Origin: an uncultured Chromatiales bacterium | GTDB taxonomy: Bacteria; Pseudomonadota; Gammaproteobacteria; Steroidobacterales; Woeseiaceae | Length of the DNA: 32,000 nucleotides | Assembly (NCBI GenBank): GCA_963922335.1 | Contig: CAWUIB010000002.1 | Coordinates: 303,198-335,197 of the forward strand | Direction of reading: 5' to 3' | In this document: positions 8,768 through 19,850 of the stretch, one piece after another | Layout of the letters: each line of letters begins with the position of its first letter | Position numbering within the stretch: position 1 is the first letter of the stretch | The notes under the pieces: model-generated | What the model saw: only the letters and a program-made list of their open reading frames with translations | Told to the model about the DNA's origin: nothing | Database searches by the model: none | Position numbers and translations under genes: made by a program

Positions 8768-9124
8768 TTATCGACGTACCGGACGACGCGGTCCCTTGCG
8801 GGTGCGTGCGTTGGTGCGAGTCCGTTGGCCACGCAGTGGCAATCCACGACGGTGACGAATACCGCGGTAGCAGCCGAGGTCCATCAAACGCTTGATGTTC
8901 ATCGACGTCTCACGGCGCAGATCGCCCTCCACGGTAAACTTTGCAACTTCGTCGCGAAGTTTCGCTACTTCCGGCTCTGCCAAGTCTTTTACCGCTACGT
9001 GCTCGGCAACGTTCGCCGCCTCGCAAATCTGCTTTGCGCGCGTCGGTCCGATGCCGTAAATGCTGGTCAGCGCGATTACCACGTGCTTATTGACCGGGAT
9101 GTTTATGCCTGCAATACGGGCCAC
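8768..9124 (-). CDS. rpsM: 30S ribosomal protein S13
   Basis: 118 aa. Has [10 protein letters not shown] and [16 protein letters not shown]. Confidence 0.98.
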   Translation of the reverse strand: MARIAGINIPVNKHVVIALTSIYGIGPTRAKQICEAANVAEHVAVKDLAEPEVAKLRDEVAKFTVEGDLRRETSMNIKRLMDLGCYRGIRHRRGLPLRGQRTRTNARTRKGPRRPVRR

Positions 9125-9157
9125 AGTATCTTCCTCTTAGTCGCGAGTGCTGTCAGG

Positions 9158-9271
9158 TTAGCCCTGACGCTGCTTATGGCGAGCGTCGGTACAAATCACT
9201 CGCAAAACACCGTTTCTGCGAATCACCTTGCAGTTGCGGCAAATTTTCTTAACCGATGCTCTAACTTTCAT
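9158..9271 (-). CDS. rpmJ: 50S ribosomal protein L36 (zinc-ribbon C+ form)
   Basis: 37 aa, [37 protein letters not shown], forming the C-terminal part of track ORF 9158..9496. The ATG at 9271..9269 was verified in the sequence. CxxC...C....H ligands are present. Confidence 0.95.
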   Translation of the reverse strand: MKVRASVKKICRNCKVIRRNGVLRVICTDARHKQRQG

Positions 9272-9309
9272 TTCCTGCTCCACAGCGCTCAACGCGAGCG
9301 CATGCCGCC

Positions 9310-10662
9310 CTACGTGCGGCTGTAATTCCTGATGTTGGCTTTCTTCATCATCCCCTCGTACTGCTGAGACATGGTGTGCGCCTTCAACTGCTGCATGAAG
9401 TCCATGGTCACGACGACAAGAATGAGCAACGACGTACCGCCGAAGTTGAACGGCACGCTCGGGAAGAACATGCGGACCAATTCCGGAATCAGGCATACGC
9501 CGGTGATGTAAAGTGCACCCCAGAACGTCAGTCGGGTGAGCACCTTGTCGATGTACTCGCCGGTCTGTTGACCAGGACGAATACCTTGAATGAACGCACC
9601 CGATCGCTTCAGGTTGTCTGCGACTTCACGCGAGTTGTACATCAACGCTGTGTAGAAGAAGCAGAAGAAAGCGACCAGAGCACCGTAAAGCACGATGTAG
9701 ATCGGCTGCCCCGGAGACAATGCGGCGCCTACACGCTGCAGCGTCTGCGTCAGAGTGCCCGGATCCGGGTTCGCGCCGCTGAATTGTACCAAAGTCACGG
9801 GGAACAAAAGCAAGCTCGAGGCGAAGATCGGTGGGATAACGCCCGACATATTCACTTTAAACGGCAAGTGCGTTGATTGAGCCTGCATCATCCGCCGACC
9901 CTGTTGGCGTCGTGCGTAGTGGACCGTGATGCGACGCTGCGCACTCTCCATGTAAACGACGAACACCGTCATCGCGATGAATGCGATCAAAATGATCAAC
10001 GCCAGTGCCGGTGACATGGTGCCATTGCTAACCAGCTCCGCCGTGCCTGCGATCGCACCCGGCATACCGGCGATGATGCCCGCGAGGATGATGATCGAGA
10101 TACCGTTCCCGACGCCACGCTCGGTGATTTGCTCGCCGAGCCACATCAGGAACATCGTACCGGTGACGAGCGAGATGACGCACAACACCATGAAGCTGAT
10201 GCCCGGATTCACGACAAGGTTTGGCTGGTTCTGAATCGCGTACGCCGCGCCGAACGACTGGATCAATGCTAGTAGCAAAGTGCCCCGGCGGGTGTAGTCG
10301 GTAATCTTGCGCCGGCCGGATTCGCCCTCTTTCTTGAGTTTGGCGAGGCTCGGGACAACAACGGCTGCCATCTGCATCACGATAGACGCGGAGATGTAAG
10401 GCATTACGCCCAGGGCGAAGATCCCAAAACGCTGAAGCGCTCCGCCTGAGAACATATTGAACATGGCAAGGATGTTGCCGGACTGTTGCTCAAAGAACTC
10501 CGTCAGCTGCAACGGATCGATACCCGGCACGGGCACGAATGTGCCGATCCGGTACACAATCAGTGCGCCGATCAGGAACATGAGGCGCTGGCGCAACTCA
10601 TCGAGCTTGCCCGATTGAGCTAGTCCTGCTGCCATTTCCTCGTTTTTGCGATTCTTTGCCAT
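9310..10662 (-). CDS. secY: Preprotein translocase subunit SecY
   Basis: 450 aa polytopic membrane protein. [28 protein letters not shown] aligns with the E. coli SecY N-terminus. Canonical position between rplO and rpmJ. Confidence 0.97.
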   Translation of the reverse strand: MAKNRKNEEMAAGLAQSGKLDELRQRLMFLIGALIVYRIGTFVPVPGIDPLQLTEFFEQQSGNILAMFNMFSGGALQRFGIFALGVMPYISASIVMQMAAVVVPSLAKLKKEGESGRRKITDYTRRGTLLLALIQSFGAAYAIQNQPNLVVNPGISFMVLCVISLVTGTMFLMWLGEQITERGVGNGISIIILAGIIAGMPGAIAGTAELVSNGTMSPALALIILIAFIAMTVFVVYMESAQRRITVHYARRQQGRRMMQAQSTHLPFKVNMSGVIPPIFASSLLLFPVTLVQFSGANPDPGTLTQTLQRVGAALSPGQPIYIVLYGALVAFFCFFYTALMYNSREVADNLKRSGAFIQGIRPGQQTGEYIDKVLTRLTFWGALYITGVCLIPELVRMFFPSVPFNFGGTSLLILVVVTMDFMQQLKAHTMSQQYEGMMKKANIRNYSRT

Positions 10663-10689
10663 GAGTATCTGTTAAGTCAGTCTTAGTGC

Positions 10690-11124
10690 TCAGTCTTCGA
10701 TCGTGCCGCCGGCAGCTTCGATCGCTTTGCGTGCGCCCGGCGTTACCGCGATGCCTTTGAGCGTCACTGCTTTCTCAATTTTTCCGGAGTCGATCACCTT
10801 GACCTTCAGAGTCTGAGCCGGCACGAGACGTGCGCGTTTCAGTGACAACAGGTCAACGGTGTCGCCTTCAACCAGCGCCAGTTCGTGCAGGCGCAGCTCT
10901 GCCGACAGACGAGCCTTCCGAGAGTTAAAACCAACTTTCGGGAGTCGACGCTGCAGCGGCATCTGACCGCCTTCGAAACCGACTTTGTGGTAACCACCGG
11001 AGCGAGCGTGCTGGCCCTTAACACCACGACCACTGGTCTTACCCTGGCCCGCAGAAATACCGCGACCCAGTCGTTTGCCGACCGGCTTACTGCCTTTTGC
11101 AGGCTTGAGTGTGTTCAGACGCAT
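10690..11124 (-). CDS. rplO: 50S ribosomal protein L15
   Basis: 144 aa. Has [13 protein letters not shown] and [19 protein letters not shown]. Confidence 0.97.
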   Translation of the reverse strand: MRLNTLKPAKGSKPVGKRLGRGISAGQGKTSGRGVKGQHARSGGYHKVGFEGGQMPLQRRLPKVGFNSRKARLSAELRLHELALVEGDTVDLLSLKRARLVPAQTLKVKVIDSGKIEKAVTLKGIAVTPGARKAIEAAGGTIED

Positions 11125-11312
11125 TACGCTTCCTCAACTTTCAACAGGTACGAGACCTGATTGATCATGCCGCGGTTCTCCGGTGTGTCCTCGACTTCAA
11201 CCGTGTGGTTGATGCGACGCAGACCGAGCCCGGCGATACTGGCTTTGTGGTTCTTCAGTCGGCCATGCTTGCTCTTGACCAGCGTGACCTTGAGTTTCTT
11301 GTTAGCTGCCAT
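11124..11312 (-). CDS. rpmD: 50S ribosomal protein L30
   Basis: 62 aa. Has [26 protein letters not shown]. Its stop overlaps the rplO start by 1 nt (TAATG). Confidence 0.96.
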   Translation of the reverse strand: MAANKKLKVTLVKSKHGRLKNHKASIAGLGLRRINHTVEVEDTPENRGMINQVSYLLKVEEA

Positions 11313-11315
11313 GGC

Positions 11316-11822
11316 TTAACCCAGGATTTCCTCAACAGTCTTGCCACGCTTGGCCGCGACTGATGCCGGTGAGTGGATGTTTCGCAGCCCGTTGATCGTG
11401 GCGCGAACCACGTTGATCGGGTTACGGGAACCATATGACTTCGCGAGCACGTTTCTGACACCCGCGCATTCGAAGACCGCGCGCATTGCACCACCGGCAA
11501 TCACACCCGTACCCTCGGAAGCCGGCTGCATGTAAACGCGAGTCGCGCCGTGTCGTCCCTTAATCTCGTACTGCAGCGTGTCGTCACGCAGATGCACTTT
11601 CGCGAGATTCTTGCGTGCCGCCTGCATCGCTTTCTGGATAGCGATCGGGACTTCACGCGCCTTGCCATAACCGAAACCCACGCTGCCGTTGCCGTCGCCG
11701 ACGACAGTCAGTGCCGTGAATCCAAACTGACGGCCACCTTTGACCACCTTGGCTACACGATTCACCGCTACCAGTTTTTCAACCAGATCGTCGCCGCTGT
11801 TTTGCTTGTCGTTCTTTGCCAT
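11316..11822 (-). CDS. rpsE: 30S ribosomal protein S5
   Basis: 168 aa. Has [29 protein letters not shown]. Confidence 0.98.
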   Translation of the reverse strand: MAKNDKQNSGDDLVEKLVAVNRVAKVVKGGRQFGFTALTVVGDGNGSVGFGYGKAREVPIAIQKAMQAARKNLAKVHLRDDTLQYEIKGRHGATRVYMQPASEGTGVIAGGAMRAVFECAGVRNVLAKSYGSRNPINVVRATINGLRNIHSPASVAAKRGKTVEEILG

Positions 11823-11836
11823 GTTCAGTTCAGTTC

Positions 11837-12196
11837 CTAGAATTTGAGACCCGCTTCACGCGCCGCGTCGGCAAGCGCCTTCACACGACCGTGGTAGCGG
11901 TAGCCCGAGCGATCGAAAGCGACCTTCTCGATACCTGCTGCTTTCGCCTTTTCTGCGATCTGCTTGCCCACCGCTTCCGCGGCGCTTACGTTGCCCGTGG
12001 ACTTGAGCTCCTCGCGGAGCGCTTTCTGCACCGTCGAAGCTGCAGCGAGAACGGTAGAGCCGTCTGCTGCAAGGATCTGCGCGTAAATGTGACGCGGGGT
12101 GCGATAGACGCTCAGGCGCTCTGTGCCCAACTCGCGAATCTTGGCGCGAGTGCGGCGTGCCCGACGCAGTCGATTGTCCTTTTTGCTCAGTTTCAT
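11837..12196 (-). CDS. rplR: 50S ribosomal protein L18
   Basis: 119 aa. Has [16 protein letters not shown] and [15 protein letters not shown]. Confidence 0.97.
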   Translation of the reverse strand: MKLSKKDNRLRRARRTRAKIRELGTERLSVYRTPRHIYAQILAADGSTVLAAASTVQKALREELKSTGNVSAAEAVGKQIAEKAKAAGIEKVAFDRSGYRYHGRVKALADAAREAGLKF

Positions 12197-12240
12197 GTTT
12201 GGTCTCCAGCCACGATCCGGTTAAACGCCCGGACGCCGGC

Positions 12241-12774
12241 TTACTTCTTCTTCGCCTCTTTACGAACAACGTTCTCGTCGCTGTAGCGCACACCCTTGCC
12301 TTTGTAAGGCTCCGGCGGACGATAGGCACGAATCTCTGCGGCAACCTGACCAACAACCTGCTTGTCAGCGCCTTTCAATACGATCTCGGTCTGGCTCGGC
12401 GTTTCTACGGTGACGCCCTCCGGCATCGCGTGCACGACCGGATGCGAGAAACCCAGCGTAAGGTTGAGGTTGCTACCCTGCGCCTGCGCACGGTAGCCAA
12501 CACCGACCAGCGTCAGTTTCTTCTCCCAACCCTCGCTGACGCCCTGCACCATGTTGGCGAGCAGCGCCCGTGTGGTGCCTGCCATCGCACGAGCGAACCG
12601 AGATCCGCTGCGGGCTTTCACGGTCAACGTGCCGTTTTCTTCTTCAAGATCAACTTCACTGTTCAGCGCCATGGACAGGTTGCCCTTGCTGCCTTTCAGA
12701 GAGATGTCCTGGCCGCTGCGCTGAAGCTCAACGCCCTTCGGCAAGGTGATCGGTTGTTTCGCGATGCGAGACAT
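12241..12774 (-). CDS. rplF: 50S ribosomal protein L6
   Basis: 177 aa. Has [15 protein letters not shown] and [14 protein letters not shown]. Confidence 0.97.
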   Translation of the reverse strand: MSRIAKQPITLPKGVELQRSGQDISLKGSKGNLSMALNSEVDLEEENGTLTVKARSGSRFARAMAGTTRALLANMVQGVSEGWEKKLTLVGVGYRAQAQGSNLNLTLGFSHPVVHAMPEGVTVETPSQTEIVLKGADKQVVGQVAAEIRAYRPPEPYKGKGVRYSDENVVRKEAKKK

Positions 12775-12792
12775 AGTCTTAATTCCGTTGTG

Positions 12793-13188
12793 TTACGAGA
12801 CGAGGCAAATAACCTCGCCCCCGATACCTTTGGCGCGTGCCTCACGATCACTCATGACGCCCGCAGACGTTGAAACGATGGCGACACCCAGACCACCGAG
12901 TACTTTCGGCAGTTCACCGGTCTGGCGGTAAATTCGCAGACCTGGCTTGCTCACGCGTTTGATCTTTTCGATCACAGGCGTGCCCTCGTGGTAGCGCAGC
13001 GTCAGAGTCAGCTCTGACTTTGCGCCTTCCTTCTGGACATCGACGCGGTCGATGTAACCCTCGTCCTTCAGGACGTTGGCAATCGCCACCTTGGCATTCG
13101 ACGAAGGCATCTTGACCTCAGTCTTGCGCGCTTTCTGTGCGTTGCGAATGCGTGTCAGCATATCGGCGATCGGATCACTCATACTCAT
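12793..13188 (-). CDS. rpsH: 30S ribosomal protein S8
   Basis: 131 aa. Has [18 protein letters not shown] and [14 protein letters not shown]. Confidence 0.98.
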   Translation of the reverse strand: MSMSDPIADMLTRIRNAQKARKTEVKMPSSNAKVAIANVLKDEGYIDRVDVQKEGAKSELTLTLRYHEGTPVIEKIKRVSKPGLRIYRQTGELPKVLGGLGVAIVSTSAGVMSDREARAKGIGGEVICLVS

Positions 13189-13202
13189 CGTGCAACCCTC
13201 CC

Positions 13203-13508
13203 TTACCAGCTAGCCTTGGACAGGCCGGGGATTTCACCTTTCATGGTGGCTTCCCGCAGCTTGTTCCGCGCCAGTCCGAACTTCCGATAGAACCCATGCG
13301 GGCGACCGGTGATCGAGCATCGGTTACGCATACGTACCGGCGCGGCGTCGCGCGGCATGGCGCTCAGCTTCGCAACAGCAGCGTCCACTTCTTCGACACT
13401 TGAGTTCGGGTTACTGATCACAGCTTTCAGTGCCGCACGCTTCGCTGCGTACTTGGCAACCAGCTTGGCGCGTTTTACTTCCCGCGCGATCATTGATTTC
13501 TTAGCCAT
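13203..13508 (-). CDS. rpsN: 30S ribosomal protein S14 (long, zinc-independent form)
   Basis: 101 aa. Has [26 protein letters not shown] and ends in W. Confidence 0.97.
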   Translation of the reverse strand: MAKKSMIAREVKRAKLVAKYAAKRAALKAVISNPNSSVEEVDAAVAKLSAMPRDAAPVRMRNRCSITGRPHGFYRKFGLARNKLREATMKGEIPGLSKASW

Positions 13509-13535
13509 AGGTTTCTACCTGTACCTGTTCCGCGC

Positions 13536-14075
13536 TCAGCGCTTGAACGGAAAACTGAAAGCTTCGAGCAACGCACGCCCTTCATCGGCGTTGCGCGCTG
13601 TCGTTGTGATCGTAATGTCCATGCCACGAACCGCATCCACCTGGTCGTAGTCGATCTCAGGGAAGATGATCTGCTCCTGAACGCCCATCGAGTAGTTGCC
13701 CTGCTTGTCGAATGATTTCGATGACAGGCCTCGGAAGTCGCGGATACGCGGAATTGCAATCGCGATCAGGCGATCGAGGAACTCATACATCCGCTCGCGG
13801 CGCAGCGTTACCTTACAGCCGATCGGGTAGCCTTCCCGGATTTTGAAGCCCGCGACGGACTTACGCGCGTTACATACCACCGGCTTTTGACCGGCGATTG
13901 CTGTCATGTCGCGTACCGCGTTCTCCATGACTTTCTTATCCGCAACGGCTTCACCGACACCCATGTTCAAGGTGATTTTCGTGATCCGCGGCACCTCCAT
14001 GACGTTCGCGACACCCAACTTTTCCTTGAGTGCCGGCACCACGGTGTCCCGGTAATGTTCTTGCAATCTCGCCAT
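13536..14075 (-). CDS. rplE: 50S ribosomal protein L5
   Basis: 179 aa. Has [19 protein letters not shown] and [10 protein letters not shown]. Confidence 0.98.
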   Translation of the reverse strand: MARLQEHYRDTVVPALKEKLGVANVMEVPRITKITLNMGVGEAVADKKVMENAVRDMTAIAGQKPVVCNARKSVAGFKIREGYPIGCKVTLRRERMYEFLDRLIAIAIPRIRDFRGLSSKSFDKQGNYSMGVQEQIIFPEIDYDQVDAVRGMDITITTTARNADEGRALLEAFSFPFKR

Positions 14076-14103
14076 ATTAACTCAGTGACGTCGCCTCTCC
14101 GGC

Positions 14104-14424
14104 TTAAACGTCTACCGCCTCGTTGGAAGAACGGAACACACGGGACTTCTTCCCGTCTTTCCCAATTTCAATACCGACCCGATCACCCTTCTTGGTCTTC
14201 GGGTTGAAGATCTGGACATTCGAGCGATGAATCGGCATCGCTTTGTCCTTAATGCCGCCAGGCTCGCCCACATTCGGGTTCGCTTTCACGTGCTTGCGCG
14301 CGATGTTGATGCCTTCCACCAACAGGCGGTCCTCGTCGGCCAGTACCTCGAGCACTGTCCCGGTGCGACCTTTGTCTTTTCCTGTGATGACGATGACGTC
14401 ATCGCCTTTACGAATCTTTTGCAT
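14104..14424 (-). CDS. rplX: 50S ribosomal protein L24
   Basis: 106 aa. KOW motif IRKGDDVIVITGKDKGRTGTV. Confidence 0.97.
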   Translation of the reverse strand: MQKIRKGDDVIVITGKDKGRTGTVLEVLADEDRLLVEGINIARKHVKANPNVGEPGGIKDKAMPIHRSNVQIFNPKTKKGDRVGIEIGKDGKKSRVFRSSNEAVDV

Positions 14425-14440
14425 GTTCCTAATACCCTGC

Positions 14441-14468
14441 TTGGTAGGCCCTAGTTGGTAGGCCCTAA
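14441..14468. repeat. Tandem 14-bp duplication in the rplN-rplX spacer
   Basis: TTGGTAGGCCCTAg (14441-14454) is followed directly by TTGGTAGGCCCTAa (14455-14468), 13/14 identical. Read directly from the sequence. Confidence 0.9.
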
Positions 14469-14475
14469 GGCACCC

Positions 14476-14844
14476 CTAGAGAACCTCCGGAGCCAGTGAC
14501 ACGATCTTCATGAACTGGTTGCCGCGCAGCTCGCGGGTCACCGGACCGAAGATGCGAGTGCCGATCGGCTCAAGCTTGCTGTTCAGCAATACGGCTGCGT
14601 TGCCGTCGAAGCGAATCAGCGAGCCGTCCTTACGGCGAACACCCTTGCGCGTGCGAACGACGACGGCGTTATAGACCTCGCCCTTCTTCACCTTGCCGCG
14701 CGGGATAGCGTCTTTGACGCTTACCTTGATGACATCGCCAACGCCGGCATAGCGGCGCTTGGAACCACCAAGGACCTTGATGCACATCACACGGCGTGCA
14801 CCACTGTTGTCGGCTGCGTCGAGCACTGTCTGCATCTGAATCAT
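14476..14844 (-). CDS. rplN: 50S ribosomal protein L14
   Basis: 122 aa. Starts [28 protein letters not shown]. Confidence 0.98.
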   Translation of the reverse strand: MIQMQTVLDAADNSGARRVMCIKVLGGSKRRYAGVGDVIKVSVKDAIPRGKVKKGEVYNAVVVRTRKGVRRKDGSLIRFDGNAAVLLNSKLEPIGTRIFGPVTRELRGNQFMKIVSLAPEVL

Positions 14845-14859
14845 GGTTGCTGTCCTGCT

Positions 14860-15129
14860 TTAGCGTTCGGTAGCACGTTCGACGACCTCAACGACACGCC
14901 ACGACTTCTGCTTGGAAATCGGGCTGCACTCGCTGATGGCCACCGTATCGCCACTGCGACACTCGTTATTCTCGTCATGCGCCTTCAGTTTGGTCGTACG
15001 GCGGATGTATTTGCCGTAGACGCTGTGGCGTACCAGGCGCTCGATCGCCACCGATACGGTCTTGTCCATCTTGTCGGACACGACCTTGCCGATAACGCGG
15101 CGCTCTGTTGTTGCGTTCGCTTCGCTCAT
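14860..15129 (-). CDS. rpsQ: 30S ribosomal protein S17
   Basis: 89 aa. Has [39 protein letters not shown]. Confidence 0.97.
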   Translation of the reverse strand: MSEANATTERRVIGKVVSDKMDKTVSVAIERLVRHSVYGKYIRRTTKLKAHDENNECRSGDTVAISECSPISKQKSWRVVEVVERATER

Positions 15130-15140
15130 CTTTCGTTTCC

Positions 15141-15344
15141 TTAACTGGCGTCAACCGCTTTCGCGGTCTCTGCCATCACCGTTTTGATGCGCGCGATATC
15201 ACGACGCACACGACGCAAGTCGTTCTGCTGGACTTCCTGGCCGGTTGCACGCTGCATGCGCAGGTTGAACTGCTCGCGGCGCAGTTTCAGCAACTCGTCC
15301 TGAAGACCGGCACCATCCATTTCTCGAAGTTCTGCTGCCTTCAT
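15141..15344 (-). CDS. rpmC: 50S ribosomal protein L29
   Basis: 67 aa from the ATG at 15344..15342 (MKAAELREM...REQFNLRMQ), which aligns with E. coli MKAKELREK. The track's extra codon at 15347 is a GTG. The ATG overlaps the rplP TGA by 1 nt (TGATG). Confidence 0.95.
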   Translation of the reverse strand: MKAAELREMDGAGLQDELLKLRREQFNLRMQRATGQEVQQNDLRRVRRDIARIKTVMAETAKAVDAS

Positions 15345-15757
15345 CACATCACCTGCCGGGTCACAAAGGTGGTGGCCATCGGAATTTTCGCGGCAGCGAG
15401 GCGGAACGCCTCACGTGCGACTTCTTCGCTCACACCTTCCATTTCGTAAAGAATCCGACCGGGCTGGATCTGAGCGACCCAGTACTCGACGTTACCTTTA
15501 CCCTTACCCTGACGAACTTCGAGCGGCTTTTTGCTGATCGGTTTGTCGGGGAACACGCGAATCCAGATTTTTCCGCCACGCTTGATGTAGCGGGTCATCG
15601 CACGACGCGCCGCCTCAATCTGACGCGCTGTCAAACGACCGCGACCCGTTGCTTTCAGCGCATACTCGCCGAAAGACACCGTACTGCCGCGGTGTGCCAG
15701 ACCGCGGTTGCGGCCCTTCATCTGCTTGCGAAATTTTGTCCGTTTTGGCTGCAACAT
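15344..15757 (-). CDS. rplP: 50S ribosomal protein L16
   Basis: 137 aa. Starts [21 protein letters not shown]. Confidence 0.98.
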   Translation of the reverse strand: MLQPKRTKFRKQMKGRNRGLAHRGSTVSFGEYALKATGRGRLTARQIEAARRAMTRYIKRGGKIWIRVFPDKPISKKPLEVRQGKGKGNVEYWVAQIQPGRILYEMEGVSEEVAREAFRLAAAKIPMATTFVTRQVM

Positions 15758-15769
15758 GCCGATGTACTC

Positions 15770-16453
15770 CTAGCGCGCCGCTGCTTCAGCCGGCTCTCCA
15801 GCCGCCTGCTCAGGGGTGTCGTAGACCTCACCTTTGAAGATCCACACTTTCACACCGATGATTCCGTAGGTCGTCGCCGCTTCCGCGGTGCCGTAGTCGA
15901 TATCGGCACGCAGCGTATGCAGCGGGACGCGACCTTCGCGGTACCACTCCGAGCGCGCGATCTCTGCGCCGTTCAGACGACCGCCAACCTTCACCTTGAT
16001 GCCCTGGGCCCCGACACGCATCGTGTTCTGCACCGCACGCTTCATCGCGCGACGAAACATTACGCGGCGCTCCAGCTGCTGGGCGATGCCTTCGGCGACC
16101 AGAGTCGCGTCGAGCTCAGGCTTGCGCACTTCGTTGATGTTGATGCGAACGTCGGCGAGAGGCATCTGCACCATTCCCGCAACTTCGCGGCGCAGACGCT
16201 CAATGTCCTCGCCCTTCTTGCCGATCACGATGCCCGGGCGGGCCGTGTTCAACGCGATGTTGATTTTCTTTGCCGGTCGCTCGATCTGAATGCGAGATAC
16301 GGAGGCGTCCTTCAAACGCTTGCGCAGGAACGTCCGCACTTCGTGATCCTGACGGACATACTCCGGGAACACCTTGCTGTCGGCGTACCATTTTGATGTC
16401 CAATCGGTCGTAATACCGAGGCGAATACCGTTGGGATGTACTTTCTGACCCAT
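15770..16453 (-). CDS. rpsC: 30S ribosomal protein S3
   Basis: 227 aa. Has [14 protein letters not shown] and a KH-domain region. Confidence 0.98.
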   Translation of the reverse strand: MGQKVHPNGIRLGITTDWTSKWYADSKVFPEYVRQDHEVRTFLRKRLKDASVSRIQIERPAKKINIALNTARPGIVIGKKGEDIERLRREVAGMVQMPLADVRININEVRKPELDATLVAEGIAQQLERRVMFRRAMKRAVQNTMRVGAQGIKVKVGGRLNGAEIARSEWYREGRVPLHTLRADIDYGTAEAATTYGIIGVKVWIFKGEVYDTPEQAAGEPAEAAAR

Positions 16454-16463
16454 AATTCTTTAC

Positions 16464-16805
16464 CTAGTCCGCCGCGCCGTCGGCCACCTGAATGGTGATG
16501 TGGCTGTTGCGTTTGATGATTCGAGTACCACGACCTTTTGCACGCGCCCGGAAGCGACGATAGCGAGGCGCTTCGTCGATCATGATCGTCGACACCTTGA
16601 GCTCGTCGATATCGGCACCGTGGTTGTGCTCCGCGTTCGCAATCGCTGACTCAAGCACCTTGCGCACGATCGCAGCGCCTTTTTTCGGCATGAACGACAG
16701 CGTCGTTAATGCTTCGTCTACCGACTTACCGCGAATCATGTCGGCCACGAGCCGGCACTTCTGCGGTGAAATCCGCGCGTAACGCAATTTTGCTGCTACT
16801 TGCAT
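16464..16805 (-). CDS. rplV: 50S ribosomal protein L22
   Basis: 113 aa from the ATG at 16805..16803 ([27 protein letters not shown]), aligning with E. coli [27 protein letters not shown]. An AAGGA SD lies 9 nt upstream. The track's TTG at 16814 abuts that SD and is unlikely. Confidence 0.96.
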   Translation of the reverse strand: MQVAAKLRYARISPQKCRLVADMIRGKSVDEALTTLSFMPKKGAAIVRKVLESAIANAEHNHGADIDELKVSTIMIDEAPRYRRFRARAKGRGTRIIKRNSHITIQVADGAAD

Positions 16806-16817
16806 GACATCCAATCC

Positions 16818-17093
16818 TTAGCGCTTAGTCTTCTTGTCTGCCGCGTGCCCTTTGAAAGTACGCGTCAGAGCAAACTCGCCCAGTTTGTGGCCAACCATGT
16901 TCTCGGAGATCAGCACCGGAACGTGCTGGCGACCGTTGTGTACCGCGATTGTCAGACCAACCATGTCCGGCAGCACCATTGAACGGCGCGACCAGGTCTT
17001 GATCGGGCGACGATCGTTGCTTTCCACCGCAGCGGCGACTTTCTTCGCCAGGTGGTTGTCCACGAACGGACCTTTTTTCAATGAACGAGGCAC
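16818..17093 (-). CDS. rpsS: 30S ribosomal protein S19
   Basis: 91 aa. Has [15 protein letters not shown] and [16 protein letters not shown]. Confidence 0.98.
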   Translation of the reverse strand: MPRSLKKGPFVDNHLAKKVAAAVESNDRRPIKTWSRRSMVLPDMVGLTIAVHNGRQHVPVLISENMVGHKLGEFALTRTFKGHAADKKTKR

Positions 17094-17133
17094 GTTATTT
17101 CTTCCTCTTCTCTAATTCAGTCAGCGACCGCGC

Positions 17134-17964
<831 letters not shown>

Positions 17965-17991
17965 AGCTGTCTACCTTGCCTTTACCGCCGC

Positions 17992-18300
17992 TTACTCAGC
18001 GCCGAGGAAATCAATTTCGCTGCCTGCCGCGAGCTTCACGTAGGCTTTCTTGAAGTCGGAACGTCGGCCAAAACCGCGACCACGGCGCTTCACTTTGCCG
18101 CTCTGGTTCAGGACGGTAACGTCATCGACCGCGACCTCGAACAGTTTTTCTACCGCCGCCTTAATTTCAGGCTTAGTCGCATCCGTGCGCACCTTGAAAA
18201 CCACTTGGTTCGCGCGCTCATTGATACGCAAGCTCTTCTCCGACATGTGCGGGCCGAGCAAAATGGTCAGCAGCCGTTCTTCCCGATTGGTCTGGCTCAT
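17992..18300 (-). CDS. rplW: 50S ribosomal protein L23
   Basis: 102 aa. Has [10 protein letters not shown] and [22 protein letters not shown]. Its ATG overlaps the rplD stop (4-nt ATGA overlap, 18297-18300). Confidence 0.97.
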   Translation of the reverse strand: MSQTNREERLLTILLGPHMSEKSLRINERANQVVFKVRTDATKPEIKAAVEKLFEVAVDDVTVLNQSGKVKRRGRGFGRRSDFKKAYVKLAAGSEIDFLGAE

Positions 18301-18908
18301 GACAGGCGCTCCTCAACCAGTTTCAGCGCCGGAACACTGATCAACACTTTTTCAAATCTGAGCAGCGTCACCGGATCAATCGATGCAACATCGACAATAC
18401 CGACGTTCTTCAGGTTGCGAGCTGCCAGGTAGAGCTTCTCATCGAAACCCTCGGTCACGATTAACACGTTGTCGAGTCCGAGCGTCTTCAGCTGTGAAGC
18501 GATTTCCTTGGTCTTCGGGGCAGAGACTTCAATCGTCTCGGTCACCACCAAACGATCCTGGCGGACTAACTCGGAGAACAATGAGCGCAGCGCGCCGCGA
18601 TACATCTTGCGGTTGACCTTCTGGCCATAATCACGCGGACGTGCCGCAAAAGCCCGGCCGCCGCCGACCCAGATCGGGCTGCGGATCGTGCCTGCGCGTG
18701 CACGGCCTGTGCCCTTTTGACGCCATGGCTTAGCGCCACCGCCACTGACATCCGAGCGGTTCTTCTGTCGCTTGGTGCCGCTACGTGCACCGGCCAGAAA
18801 CGCGGTCACGACCTGGTGAATCAGGGGCTCATTAAAGGCAGCGCCGAACGCCTGTTCAGACACTTCGATGTCGCCGCCCTTACCTGCCAGATTAAGTTTC
18901 AATGCCAT
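18297..18908 (-). CDS. rplD: 50S ribosomal protein L4
   Basis: 203 aa. The [19 protein letters not shown] loop is the wild-type macrolide-relevant motif. Confidence 0.98.
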   Translation of the reverse strand: MALKLNLAGKGGDIEVSEQAFGAAFNEPLIHQVVTAFLAGARSGTKRQKNRSDVSGGGAKPWRQKGTGRARAGTIRSPIWVGGGRAFAARPRDYGQKVNRKMYRGALRSLFSELVRQDRLVVTETIEVSAPKTKEIASQLKTLGLDNVLIVTEGFDEKLYLAARNLKNVGIVDVASIDPVTLLRFEKVLISVPALKLVEERLS

Positions 18909-18911
18909 GAT

Positions 18912-19562
18912 TTACGCTCCCTTCCGAGCTTTGACAGCCGGACGAACGATGACGCTGCCGCCGGCATGGCCAGGAACAGCACCTTTGATCAGCAGAAGGT
19001 TCTTTTCGTTGTCGACACGAACGACTTCCAGGTTCTGAACGGTACGACGCACATTGCCCATGTGGCCCGCCATCTTCTTACCTTTGAAGACGCGACCTGG
19101 CGTCTGGTTCTGACCAATGGAACCTGGCGCGCGGTGAGCAAGCGAGTTGCCGTGCGTCGCGTCCTGGGTGCGGAAGTTGTGGCGCTTCACAGTGCCCGCG
19201 AAGCCTTTACCGATGGACGTACCCACCACATCGACTTTCTGTCCGGCCTCGAAAATCTCAACAGTGACTTCACTGCCGACTTCGAGGTCATCGCCCTCTC
19301 CATCCGCGAGCCGCAGCTCAAGCAGACGATCGCCGGCTTCCACCTTGGCTTTCGCGAAGTGACCAGCGAGAGATTTGGATACATGGGATGCTTTTCGGGA
19401 ACCTGACGCTACCTGCACAGCACGGTATCCGTCGGTCTCGACCGTTTTTACTTGCGTTACACGGTTAGGGGTCGCTTCGATGACCGTGACCGGAACCGAA
19501 GCACCGTCTTCCGTGAAGACGCGCGTCATGCCGCATTTGCGGCCTACGATTGAAATCGTCAT
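18912..19562 (-). CDS. rplC: 50S ribosomal protein L3
   Basis: 216 aa. Has [10 protein letters not shown] and [40 protein letters not shown]. Confidence 0.98.
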   Translation of the reverse strand: MTISIVGRKCGMTRVFTEDGASVPVTVIEATPNRVTQVKTVETDGYRAVQVASGSRKASHVSKSLAGHFAKAKVEAGDRLLELRLADGEGDDLEVGSEVTVEIFEAGQKVDVVGTSIGKGFAGTVKRHNFRTQDATHGNSLAHRAPGSIGQNQTPGRVFKGKKMAGHMGNVRRTVQNLEVVRVDNEKNLLLIKGAVPGHAGGSVIVRPAVKARKGA

Positions 19563-19813
19563 TGTCTCACTTCCACAGGCGACGACTGCGATTGGTCGCC
19601 GCGTAAAAAACCGTTTGTTCAGTCACAGACTTCAATTGGCCTGTGCTGCCTGCCACATCTGCCACGCCTGCCGGCAAAAGCCGATGGTTCGCGTGTGGCC
19701 GCTCCAGCGTGCAGCGCGCTCTGCCATCAATGGGACGGCTAAAAGTCAGCGCCAATACCGGAAGCCTTTTACTGGCCCAGGTTGCTCGGACAGTGTCAAT
19801 TTGACCTGGCCTT

Positions 19814-19850
19814 ACAAACAACGCGCCACTGAGCCAGTACTCAGCGGCGC
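19814..19850 (-). terminator. Intrinsic-terminator-like hairpin plus U-rich tail inside the rpsJ-rplC spacer (candidate attenuator)
   Basis: In minus-strand sense the element is GCGCCGCUGAG-UACUGG-CUCAGUGGCGC followed by GUUGUUUGU. The stem is 11 bp. Its only non-canonical pair is G.U on the minus strand and A.C on the plus strand. Confidence 0.5.

Noticed and set aside
19650-19676. Possibility that the short tandem repeats (here and at 14441-14468) are CRISPR or mobile-element termini
   Set aside because: The units are 9 and 14 bp, directly abutting, with no spacers and no nearby cas, transposase or integrase genes. I also found no terminal inverted repeats or target-site duplications flanking the 385-bp spacer.
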